A stretch of 39,193 nucleotides of DNA from NCBI RefSeq assembly GCF_004010195.1, contig NC_057756.1:4083232-4122424 (forward strand). The letters are read 5' to 3'. The translations under genes were made by a program, and so were the position numbers. Position 1 is the first letter of the stretch, and every line of letters begins with the position of its first letter. The notes under the pieces are model-generated. The model worked only from the letters and a program-made list of their open reading frames with translations. It was not told the DNA's origin and made no database searches. Positions 12,054 through 22,745 of this stretch are shown piece after piece. The stretch is from Chiloscyllium plagiosum. Its lineage: Eukaryota.

Positions 12054-13450
12054 ATATGAAATATACAAATATACATAATTGTCAATAGTTAACAGTAAGC
12101 AGTGATACACAGTGAAAGGAGGACGAGAACTAAACCCCAAGCCCCACCATAGAACTAATTTACAAGGAAATGCAGACAAACCTTAATTTTTCAAAGAGGA
12201 AACAGGAGACACAAATGCATACAAACAAACCAATCAAGCAAATAATAAATTGATTCATACGACACACAGACCCCTGGCAAAACAAATGACTTACTCCATT
12301 CAAAATTAGGAAGCTCCAAGGCAGCCCACCACTCTACCTGTTGCAGTTCGAACCTCACCATTACCCACTTCTGGCTCTCCTTCATCGCCACACACCTTAT
12401 AGCTTTCGGGCCGCTCCTTCTCACCTTCCAGCTTTCATTCCATTCTAAAGCACATAACAGCTCTCGGACGCCCCAAACAATTTTCTGGTCACCTCGAAGT
12501 AAGCCCGTCCCCTTACCTCCAAGGGACCTCCACAATGTAAGCCAACCATATTCAATCACTACCTATCGTCCGTCACTCAGAACTGTCTAGTCATCTTCTG
12601 GCTCTAGGAACGGCCAGCTCTCGTCATTATCTCCCCACCGTCCATCTCTCGTGACCGTGTACTCATCTTCAGGCTGACGGGTGCTTTATCCACCTTCCAT
12701 CTCTTGCGATGCCGACTAACCTTTCAGCTCTTGGGGCAGCCTTCCTACCTTGCAGCTTTCAGGATGACTGCTTTCGGACAACCGATATACCTTTTGGTTT
12801 TCAGAGCAATCTAATCACCGTCCAGGTCCCAGTAAGACTGCCAGACCCAGTGACACACAAGGCACATTGCAGGGAAAACAAATGAAAATCAAAAAGGCTG
12901 TGTCTATTAGTATAACAAAGTCCATACCTGAAGGCGGAGACTACGTCCGAAAACAGAGTCCACTTCAATACACAGAGTCCACTACAGAAGGCAGTGCATG
13001 TGAATTGGACAGGACACATATATTATGCAGTCTCCACAGTGGCCCATGCCCATACACAGAGACACAGTCAATTTGTAAAGGTGAAGCTGACTGACAGGGT
13101 TTAATCCAAGCAGGAAACAAAAAAAATTAAAACACATGAAAAATCAAGTGCAAACACTAAAAAACATATTAAAAGGGCCCAGCTCTGCCACAACATCATC
13201 ATTGTCTGTCCTTAAACAATAAAGGTTTAACAAACAGTCTGCAACCAACTAGTGCAATAAAGAAAAGCTCCATAATGAGAAATATAAAAAAAAGTACATA
13301 CTAGCTCTGTGGCCTGCCTGCTCAGAATCAGTTCTGAAAATGTAGTCTATAACACATAGTGGATGTGTGGACCTCCAGCACAGGAATCCGTTACCAGTTT
13401 CAAGGGTAGGCACTGGTGGTGGCCAGCCACATCAGAGTCTTTCCACAGAA
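12054..13450 (-). mobile_element. Insert A: ~1.4 kb non-coding putative non-autonomous retroelement
   Basis: Colinear similarity to inserts D and E (gaaatgcagacaaacc, gacacaaatgcatacaaac, agagtccact repeats, ataatgagaaatataaa); three ~55-bp units at 13292-13450; bounded by the junction motif. Confidence 0.7.
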
Positions 13451-13515
13451 CTGCAGTTATTCTCATCTCCTGTTATTTTTGTAAATTAACCTTCCTTAAA
13501 ATACAATGCATAAAT

Positions 13516-13520
<5 letters not shown>

Positions 13521-13565
<45 letters not shown>
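13521..13565. repeat. (TA)n microsatellite
   Basis: Uninterrupted TA run. Confidence 0.98.
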
Positions 13566-13568
<3 letters not shown>

Positions 13569-13811
13569 TGCAATACTACAGGAAAGCAGGGACGCAAACA
13601 CAAGAATTTCGAATTATCATCAAAATCAACAACAATACAGAAAACTATACAGAAGTCTTTCACAATTCACTGTCCACTGGAAAAAGTACCATAATTATAT
13701 TCGTACAGAAAATGAACCTTTACAGCCATCAGGCCTAAGTTGCCCAATGGGAAAATGCCGATATCATGTAGCTATAAAGCTTTACGCAGCACCTGAAATC
13801 ATGCATCACTT

Positions 13812-13915
13812 TTATGAATGGCTTGGATGAGGAAGTAGAAGGGTGAGTTGGTACGTTTTCCGATGACACAACAGTTGGTGCAGTTTTCGAAAAGTAGAGG
13901 GTTTATGTAGGTTGT
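13812..13915 (+). mobile_element. Short CR1 RT fragment inside insert B
   Basis: MNGLDEEVEG*VGTFSDDTTVGAV, matching INDLDEEVEGWVSKFADDTKVGGV. Confidence 0.75.
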
Positions 13916-14052
13916 AACTTGTCCAACATTCCAACTGCTGCTCTTCAGCCTTTCAGTTTCCAGTCTCCCTGCATACGACAGATGACTAACCCATCATAGG
14001 CTTGTTTTGCTCCTGGCCAGTCATTAGCAACCTGGCTACGGTTCGCACTGTG

Positions 14053-14101
14053 TAGATTAGATTAGATTACAGTCTGGAAACAGGCCCTTCGGCCCAACAA
14101 G
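14053..14101 (-). mobile_element. Extreme 3' tail of an HE1 SINE / HER1 LINE with (TCTAA)n tail
   Basis: + strand tagattagattagattacagtctggaaacaggcccttcggcccaacaag, the reverse complement of the shared LINE/SINE tail. Confidence 0.75.
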
Positions 14102-14914
14102 CCGCCCACAAATCATGTACTGACTGGCCATCCACTGGCTGGTTTCCAAAGGGCTGCCATTGATTGCCTGTTTCCCGGCCGCCCTGCATAACGATAGAAC
14201 ACCTCAGCCCACTTTCCTCAAGACCTGTCATCAGCCCTCGGGGTCTCGTCCGCCCTGCATTTTCATTGGAAGCACAGTCCCTCCATCCTCCAGGCCAGTT
14301 ATCAGTCCGCTGGCTCCAGGCTTCCCTGTGTACTGACTAGACCTCTGAGGCCAGCATTACTCTCATTTGGCCATCTGCTCTCCAGCTTATGGCCACCCAT
14401 GCAACATTGGATCGTACCATGCCTTCTGTCACGCAGACTGGATGTCGGCCATCAGGCAGCCTGCATCTGATGTTCTGATCCTAGAGAATGTGTTTTTGTT
14501 TCGAGAACAGAGTCCACATCCAAGAGCAGATCCTCCAAACCAATTGAAGTTCACACACAGATGCAGATCGATGCATATGTTTATGGTTTACTCACTCGAA
14601 CCGATTCCAACTGCGTAAGCATGTTCCATCAGGAAAGGCATGGTCATCACGCAGGGCAACCTGTGAGGGCACAAACCATAACACAACAGGTTATGGCATG
14701 TGACGTTACTGAGACACGATGGAACTCATATGTCTTTCTCACAGTGCCACAGGTTGTTGTCAGACAGTCCTCAAAACAAAAGAAAACCTAGAACAAGTAC
14801 TGGATACTTGGCTGGTCAGCTCAGGAATCAGTTACCAAATAGAACAATACACATTGCTTGTAGCTAGCTAACTCGAAGCCAGTTCACTGAAATGTGGAGA
14901 TTCTATTCTGTGCA

Positions 14915-15600
14915 TATACATATCATGTTTTTCTTAATTATTTTCTCTATCCCTTCATTAGACAAACCACCCTTTTGCCAAAGTACCTTGTGACAAAGCA
15001 GGTTCAGAGCCAGCAACGCTGATGTGTAAGCGAAGGTGGGGTGGAGGGTGGGGTGGCGGTGTAGGAATAAAATCAAAACACAATTAAGCAGGGAAATAAA
15101 TCACTCCATTCCCCATGTTGTCCACCTCTCCCTAAAGGCATCGAGTGCATTGGCGGACCCCACATACTACTTTTCCATGGACACCAGGGCCAAAACATAC
15201 CTGTGGAATAGGGACACGCAGTCGGCCATAACGAACCCCTCCACAGTTTGTTGCCTAGACTTATTAAACGCCTGCTTGTCAAGGCCAAGAGTCATATACA
15301 TGAAGAGATCCTCTGACCTGCCCGCTCTGGTCTGCACCAGATGTGCAAAGATCAGGAAAATGGGATGAAGTGCAATCAAAAGCAGAGGATAAGACCCATC
15401 AGGTAACTGAAAAAGAATGCAAATGCCCATACTGAAGACATACCACGGCACCGCAAAACAAACAGTTGGGCTGGGAGTCTGAAACCATCAAAGTCTGTAA
15501 TTGTGCAGGAATGCTCCCTGCAATGTATCCAAATCACCAAGTGAAAGAGGAAGGATCCCCGCGTAGAGAGCACCCCTGACACCAAGCTTTTCCGGTGGCA
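14915..15600 (-). mobile_element. Insert C: 5'-truncated L1-clade Tx1-type LINE (ORF2 C-terminal zinc-binding region, short 3' UTR, A-rich tail)
   Basis: Minus strand ALYAGILPLSLGDL, DSQPNCLFCG, LHPIFLIFAHLVQTRAGRSEDL..MTLGLDKQAFNKSRQ..EG..MADCVSLFHRYVLALVSMEK*..ALDAFRERW; tail gagaaaataattaagaaaaac at ~14927-14947. Confidence 0.85.
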
Positions 15601-15671
15601 CAATCACACACTGGCTGTGATCAGCAAGCTAGAGGTCTGTCCCCAAAACTGAGGAGAGTCTGATATCCTGG

Positions 15672-17071
15672 ATATTTATTTTTAGTTAAACTGTACAAAA
15701 CTGCAAACAGTCCACAGTGAACAGTAAACTGGAATTTGCAGAGGAAACGATCATCAAGGCAAAGTCCCAAACCACACCACAGAATAAATTCACAGGGAAG
15801 TGCGGATGAACCTAGACCCCACCTTCACTTGGCAAAGGAGAAACAGTAGACACAAATACATCCAAACCAGTCAGTTCAAACAAACAATAAAACTGTGGAT
15901 ATTACACAGGCACCCCTCTTAACCAGCAAACCACTCACTCCTCCAACCTTCTGGCTACTCAAATGCAGCTGGCTACTATGCTCCCCTCTGGTCTCAGTTC
16001 GCGCCACGCTCGTTCTGGTTCTCAGTCCGCCCTGACGTGACTTCCGAACACTTCTTGGACTGCTTGTCCCATTATTAGCCCAGGTCAGCGGCGATCACGA
16101 CAGCCTAGTCGCGTCCGGTTCTCTGTCACTTCAACCCACCATCCGACTTTTCATTGTACCAACGCGCCATACATATCTCGACCACAGCGCCGTACCTTCA
16201 GCGACTGCTGGGTTAGGCTATCACTAGACATCCCAGGGATGACAGTGCCTTGCACAAGTGCCTTCCAGTCCTCTACATACATTCAGGCCATGGGTCAGCC
16301 CTGACCCACCTTCAAGCTATCTCGAGGATAGCGCGTTCTGTTCCTTCATCAGGACGACAGCGCTAATGCTGAACTTCTCATGTTTCACCTATAGGAACGA
16401 CCGGCATCAGCATAGCCAACCATTTTTCTGGTTCTCTGGATGGCCGAAGTACCGTCCAGTTCTCGAGGTGACAACTTTCACAACGACATATGAACTTTCT
16501 GGCACACAGTAAGGCCTGTCACGTACAGGAACACAAACGACACAGTGCAGATAATGAAACCAACAATCAAAAATGCTGAGTCCATTTCCGAAGGAAGAGT
16601 CCACTCCAAAAGTCCGAGTCCTCTCCACAAGGCAGCGAATGCTCTCATCACAGGTGTTAAGTCTCTACAGTTGTCTCGTTAATCCAGAGTCCCAGGCGCA
16701 CTCACAGATATGTGGTTCACTTGTAAAGGTGCAGCGGACGCCAACCCAACACAAAAATGTAATGTACACACTAAAAACCACAGTGCAATAGGCATGCCCT
16801 GTCACAAAATCAGCATGAACCTTGCTCAAAAGAAAATGAACACAATTACAATCGAGCTGCAATCAGCCAGGGAAACATTAGTTCCCTGGTGAGAACTAAA
16901 ATATAACAGTATACAATGACTGTGCGGAGAACCAGCACAGAAGTCAATTCTAAAAAATAAGAAGCTGTAACACACAGGCTGTGTAGAAGCCAGATCCGAG
17001 ATCTGTCCTCAAAAAGAGTAACAGGAACACACTGGATGTGGCGGCCAACAGAGGAATCAGTCAAGTGATTT
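15672..17071 (-). mobile_element. Insert D: ~1.4 kb non-coding putative non-autonomous retroelement
   Basis: Minus-strand 3' end ttttgtacagtttaactaaaaataaatat directly before the junction motif; colinear with A and E; three ~55-bp units at 16907-17071. Confidence 0.75.
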
Positions 17072-17092
17072 GAGGAAATTCTAATCTCCTGG

Positions 17093-18679
17093 TTAATTTC
17101 TATTTATCGTTTATTAAACTGCACAAAAAAGTCAACATTGAATAAGAAACAACAGATTGCCATCAACTGCAATTTACAAGGGAAAGGGGTGAAACAAACC
17201 CAAACCCCAACGTATAATCAGGGACATGCAGACAAACCCCCAAACCCACCTTCTCTCACCGAACAAGAAACAATCGTCAGAAATACATACAAAACAGTCC
17301 GATTAACTGAATAATAAATCAGTGCATGTAACATGGGCACCCTTGGTAAACCACCAAACGCCACTCCCCAACTTGTGACCACTCAAAGGCAGCCAGCTCA
17401 ACGTTCTTTTGGCTCTTGAAAACCCCATGTACCTTCCAGCTGCTGATGCATCCTCGCTCAGTTTCTGGTCAGCTATATAGCAGCTTATCCAGTTATCATC
17501 CCGGGACTACGGCGATCAGGACTGGCTACATACTTTCCGACTTTCTGATGCGCGCCTTTGCACCATCGGATTCTTAGTCTGCCCAACAAGCCTTCCGGCT
17601 TGTTGGGTTAGTTAGTCCTGGTACATTCACAGGACAACAGTGCATAGTCTGGCCTACCAAATATCAGCTCTTGGGCAGCCAAAACACATTCCCATTCTCC
17701 ATCCCTCTTCTGCACCTTGCAAGTCTCTCTCACTATGACACACAATTCTGCCCATGGACCGCCATGATACACCTTCCAGCCACGTCGAGAAAAGCCCATC
17801 ACACTCGGGATGATGGTGCTCATGATGACTTAACCACCTTCCAGATCACAGCGCGAATGGCATTGGGAGTGCCTACTCATTTGAACGTTTTCAGGATGGG
17901 ATATTCACTATTCAGTTCACTGGACGACATGCCACCGTCCGGCATTCAAGGTGACAGCTTTTAGGACACCTATAAATCTTTCAGCCCACAGTAAACCTGC
18001 CACACACAGGGGCATATAAGACACAGTGCAAATGATAACATTGATAATCAAAAAGTCTATTAACAAGGTGGAGACCACTTCCAACGTAAAGTCCACTCTG
18101 GGAGGCAGAGCGTACTCCCGAACGCAGACTCTATTCCCGACGGCAGACTCCACTATATTTTGCCACGTATACTTCAGTATGCAGCAAATGCACACCTCCC
18201 AGCGCACACACAGGTGTTCAGTCTCTTCAGAAGCGTGGTCAATCCACAAAGCGCCAGGACCACTCCCAGAGATAGAGTTCATCCATAATGTTGCAGTTGG
18301 CACACAGGGGATCAGTCCAAACACAAAAAAGGTGAAAACAAATGAAAAAGAGAAGGACAGACACCAAAAGCCATCGGACAAGGGCCAAGCCCTGCCACAA
18401 AATCATTGTAATTCTTGCTCAGAAATAAAACAAAGACAGTAACACACCGGCTGAAAACAGCCAGTGAAATACCAAAACAACAGTTCCCTAATGAGAACTA
18501 AAATACAACAGTATACAGTGGCTCTGCAGCTAGTCGGCCCTCTCAGAAATCAATCCTCAAAAACGTACAACACGAACAAACTGTCAATGTGGAGAGCAAG
18601 CTTAGAGATCAGTTCTGAAAAAATAATAACAGTAACACATGGCTGTGGCCACACAGCTCAGGATTCAGTCAATTGATTT
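17093..18679 (-). mobile_element. Insert E: ~1.6 kb non-coding putative non-autonomous retroelement
   Basis: Minus-strand 3' end ttttgtgcagtttAATAAAcgataaatagaaattaa (AATAAA at 17110-17115); colinear with D; three ~55-bp units at 18509-18679. Confidence 0.75.
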
Positions 18680-18800
18680 GAGGAGATTCTAATTTCCGAG
18701 TAATGTTTTTGGGATTGAGCTTTCCTGATTATCCCAGGTTAACAACTTCAATCCAGGACCCAATTGTCAACGAAGTCCACCTGATTCCAATCAATATATA
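18680..18800 (-). mobile_element. 5' (promoter-side) part of the LTR-like host element
   Basis: Minus strand tatatattgattggaatcaggtggac...ctggattgaagttgttaacctgggataatcaggaaagc...aaaaacattactcggaaattagaatctcctc. Lies between the last insert and the resumed CR1; decayed CCAAT-like (taatcagg) and A-rich TATA-position segments. Confidence 0.5.
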
Positions 18801-19060
18801 AATCTCTGTGTAAATTAGGCGAAATAAATTTCTAACAACACTGCAGAGAAGGAAATTGTGGAGTTTAGGTCAGATGATAATCTGGATCAAATCATTGAGG
18901 AACAGATTTTACAACAAACACTGGATAATGTGTAATTCCAAACGAGGAAACCCTGACATCGATCCGTGAATCCATGTGGAGAAGTGTGACTCTCGTGTAA
19001 TTTATCTTCTATTAAAAATGGAAAATGGCATCGCTGATTCTGAGACTGTGCTCGAGAATA
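18801..19060 (+). mobile_element. Continuation of the CR1 endonuclease interrupted at ~11932
   Basis: NLCVN*AK*ISNNTAEKEIVEFRSDDNLDQIIEEQ... matches 'NLHIDWANQISNNTVEEEFLECIRDGFLDQYVEEP', which follows VIMGDF in CR1 ORF2; ends ..DSETVL. Confidence 0.7.
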
Positions 19061-19067
19061 TAGTTAT

Positions 19068-19093
19068 ATGGATGGATGGATAGATAGATAGAC

Positions 19094-19144
<51 letters not shown>

Positions 19145-19150
19145 TAGATA
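19068..19150. repeat. Compound (GGAT)n(GATA)n(GACA)n microsatellite
   Basis: Directly visible tetranucleotide run. Confidence 0.98.
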
Positions 19151-19654
19151 AACATATAAATAGCTACTTGGATGGAGGTCTACTCAAAGACAGGCGTTTT
19201 ACTTGCTAGAGAATGAAAGAAGTACGAGTCGTCGTATAAATATCAGCGGCAGGATAAACATCTGAACAGAATGCCTGGACCGTCTGATGTCATTCTGAGT
19301 AACATCTGAAGAAACTAAAGGAGGAACGGCAGCGATCCTGTGCAGCGCCAGCAGATCACCTAACAGCGTAGCGGGTTTAGTTAGATCAAATATGCATCTG
19401 AATGCAGGAGCCATGCTTTGGAGGTGACATCATAACTCCACTAGTAACTGAGGCTTGCTTGCTCAGAATCGTGAATGACTGAGTAGTGTCTGGAGAGAAA
19501 TAAACTCGTTATATTTTGTCCCTGTCGTCTGCTAAGAGTCTTGTGGTCGATTTTGAGACTTGGTTTTGTTGACGAGTGGATTCGCTGATGCACGTTCTTC
19601 ATGGATTATTGTTTTCAGTAGACGAAATTAATTTTGTTAAGGTTCATAACCCAG

Positions 19655-22600
19655 AAAACTGGGTCTCTGGGAATGCTCCTAAGGCAATATTGTGGAAATA
19701 AGGGGCACCTACATTGCTTATGGTGAGTATACATTCAGCAAGTGTGTTCAATTGCTGCATGGAAACCCCAGGAGCTGTGAAGGGGCTCTCTATTGATCAT
19801 CAATGAAACGACATGGATGGCACAGTTGGCGAGCTGGTCAGATCACCAGCAAGAGCTACACAGTCAGCGCAAAGTACAAATACCACCAGGAGAAAGAGTA
19901 ACCATGGCCAAGCAGTGCAGACCATTGCAATCACACGCAGCGATACTGTTGGGGGGACTCTCAGGGGAAAGCAGCAGTGTGAGCCAGGTCAGTGACACAA
20001 AGTCTAGCAAAGTTTTAAAATATGGTAGGTCGGATTGCAGGCGAGATATAGTGATAGGGAATTCTATCGTCTCCACACACATATTCGGTACTGTGAGTGT
20101 AAGATTGTTTTGCCTATCTAATGCCAGATTAAATATATGCCTCAAACACCTAATAATATTCTGAAGGTGAAGCGTGAGCATTCAGTCTTTGTCGTGTATA
20201 TTAATTTGAACAAAGGAGGTAGAAAGAGAGATGAGGTCCAGCAAAGGGTGTTCGGGACATTTGGTAAGAAGATGAAAAGCAGGCCGTTTAGGCTTATGGT
20301 ATGGGGATTAGTTTCTGCGTCACATGCAATTCCACCTGGAAGAGAATTATCTTAAGTGCCTTACACAATGGTGTGGTAACGACAGCTTCAGATATGCGCA
20401 TTATTGGGAATTCTTCTGGGGAAGATGGGACCTGTACATGATGCTGGGAAGCATCTAACCTGGCGAGGCACAGATCTGCTGGCAGGGAAGTTTATTAGTG
20501 CGATCCGGGACGTTATAAATTACAGTAAATTCGTTTGAATTAGATTAACACGGAGGCAGGAACAAGAGGTCAGCAACTGAGATAAAGGCCAGTCACGCTA
20601 AGAGGAAGAATAGACGGCGACAGCATTTGTTGAACGCAAGAGACAAACAGCCTGAATTGTGTTTGCTTTAACACGACTAATAAGACAGAAAGCTTAGATT
20701 AATTCGTGTAATTCTGAATTTGTAGATATTAGAATCTTGGTGGACAGAGTGTCAAGATATGTACTTTAACGCCTCCTGCTGACATGATTCCGGCATGACA
20801 GAAAAGGGTGCGAATGAGGTATGGAAATTGTGTTACTTATAATTAAAAACGGCGCGGCTGTACTGAGGACTGCGCATTAGAAGAGTCACCCTATGATGGT
20901 TAATGGATACAGTTTGCTATGGATCAGTCTAGGCCCGCTCAAAATAATGCAAAAAGTAGACTATACCCTCATTTTTACTCATTTTGAATGCAGATGTGAA
21001 GCGGATATTCTCCATGTGATGTAGCTGAGCAAAGCACTCAGCTTTAAATAAAAAGGTTTTTTTTTAAACACTACAGGTGAAACATGAATAAAAGAAAACA
21101 GAATTTAGAGAGGCAAATCGTCCGACAGATTCGTTATAGTAACTTAACAAAGAAGATATTCCAACTCCTGCAGCAACTCATAAACACACCCCTGAACAAA
21201 AGGCAAATTCAATAACAGATTGTTACAAGCAGGAGGGTTTTCTGAGAGAAAAGCAGTCAAGAATCGTCTGCTGAAACATGGAAACTACTTTCCATGTAAC
21301 AGTTTCCCTGCAATCAGGAGCACATAAGTGCCTGCCAAAACTGAACCAAACTAGAAAAACACCTAAATTGTGTGAATTAGCCACACCTCTCCCATTGTTA
21401 AAGTCAACATATCGGAACATCTGTCTTTACGACCTCTCTTGAACAAAGCAAAGGAAAAGATAACCTTGTTAAAGTGATAGCATCGTTGCAAGCTCAGGAA
21501 GTCAGGAAGTTCAATCACCTTCGCGAAATCGTTCTGTAGTCCTTTCAATAGCCAGCGAGTGACAGAAGAATAATAATATGGACACATTAGTGAATCAAAA
21601 TAATGCCCAAAAAACACACAGGTTTCTTGTGGTGGTTATGTACAACTTCTCCTGCATTGATTGGGACTGGGACAGATGGGATTAACTCGCATTTGGTAAA
21701 CATATGGACTTGTTACAGATAGGCAGCACAGCATTCTGCGGGATGGTAGTGCAGTTAAAACTTCATTGACGCTTTAATATAATTGATAAAGAAAATTGTT
21801 GAGCGCAATACCATACATATAAATGTTTTCAAAGAGATAGTGGATGACCAGATTAGTGCATTTCCAGATGTTGCAAAGGCTGGAGGTGTGGTGGATCGTG
21901 AGGAGGATTACCAAAGCATACAGCACTATATAGATAGACTGCCGAACTGGTCAAATACATGAAAGATATTATTTAGTCCAGATAAATGCGAGGTGCAGAG
22001 TTTTTTTTTTAAATCTCATGCAGGTGAGATGTAAACAGTAAATGCAGAACTCTTTGGATCCTTAGTGTATATGGAGATACAGGGGCATTAGTTCGCAGTT
22101 CCTTGGAAGTGGAGACACAGGAGGATATGGTAGCATTGATGGCAGAAAAGCATATGTGTGTTAATCTATCAGGGCGTCTATGTGTAATTTTGTGGAAATT
22201 TAATAAGGTCACATGTGGATTAGTGTGTGCAGTTCAGATTGCCACACAACAAGATGGATGTCGAGGCATTGCAAAATGTGCAGGTACATTTTTGCAGAAT
22301 ATTGCCTGGTTTGCAGGTATTGAAGGGAGATTTGACAAACTTAGTTTGATTTCACTTGAAAATTGCAAGAAGAATGCAGACTTGATTGATGTTTACACAA
22401 TTAGGAGAGGCATTAATGTAAAGAATAATCAGAGTCTTCTGTTTTCTTTGTGAAAGAAATATTATTAACTAAGCAAGTCAGTTTAAGATAAAATGGGTAA
22501 AGAATAAACGAGATGTGAGAAGCAGGTTGTGGTGACACGGCGTTTAAGTGGCTGGAAAAGGCTTCCAGAGGAATTGGTGAATGCTGGAACAATGGCAATG

Positions 22601-22745
22601 TTTAAGAGGCACCTTGTTAGATGTATCAATAGGTAGAGAATAGGGAATATTCACTCCCCAAAAAAAGGATTTTAATTCAGAAAAGCATCATGTTTTGGCG
22701 CAGTTTTGGTGGTCGAAAGGGCTGGTTCCTGTACTGTCATTCTTA
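19655..22745 (+). mobile_element. Old, once near-full-length CR1 LINE with a large internal ORF2 deletion and a solo-LTR insertion
   Basis: ORF1 zinc-finger remnant (LWK..EYTFSKCVQL), DIVIGNSIV, FFWGRWDLY, LNCVCFN; endonuclease resumes at 21491; jump to the RT C-terminus at ~21830 (ISAFPDVAKAGGVVDREE); 3' tail gggctggttcctgtactgt. Confidence 0.8.
20915..21490 (-). mobile_element. Solo LTR (576 bp), probably Gypsy-type; orientation tentative
   Basis: TG...CA termini (TGCTATG...CGTTGCA, imperfect inverted ends), flanking 4-bp agtt/agct, and removal restores the CR1 codons tgg ata cag ctc agg (W-I-Q-L-R). Confidence 0.75.

Larger units (their letters stand above)
13473..14893 (-). mobile_element. 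Insert B: ~1.4 kb related but more divergent non-coding element carrying secondary insertions
   Basis: Bounded by junction motifs; three ~55-bp units at ~14740-14893 (e.g. ggctggtcagctcaggaatcagttacc); agagtccac motif at ~14510; interior only weakly similar to A/D/E. Confidence 0.55.
12033..18700. repeat. Six copies of a junction motif, consensus GAGGAGATTCTAATCTCCTGG
   Basis: 12033-12053 gaggagattgcaatctgctgg; 13451-13472 ctgcagttattctcatctcctg; 14894-14913 gtggagattctattctgtgc; 15651-15671 gaggagagtctgatatcctgg; 17072-17092 gaggaaattctaatctcctgg; 18680-18700 gaggagattctaatttccgag. Confidence 0.85.

Noticed and set aside
13363..13830. 155-aa ORF with IYIYIY repeat
   Set aside because: Read-through of a (TA)n microsatellite inside a repeat.
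16541..16568. RSS-like CACAGTG + 12 bp + ccaacaatc
   Set aside because: Nonamer matches only 6/9, is not conserved in the paralogous insert E, and has no adjacent V/D/J segment.
12033..18700. CRISPR-like array (palindromic repeat with unique spacers)
   Set aside because: Vertebrate context, spacers of 0.7-1.6 kb that are mutually homologous, diverged repeats, and no cas genes.
19199..19414. Hydrophobic minus-strand ORF as a signal-peptide exon, or Ig V-like 'GGTAAILCSAS' on the plus strand
   Set aside because: No downstream exons or Ig W/C motifs; the CpG-richer stretch could be the 5' UTR of the CR1 starting at ~19655.
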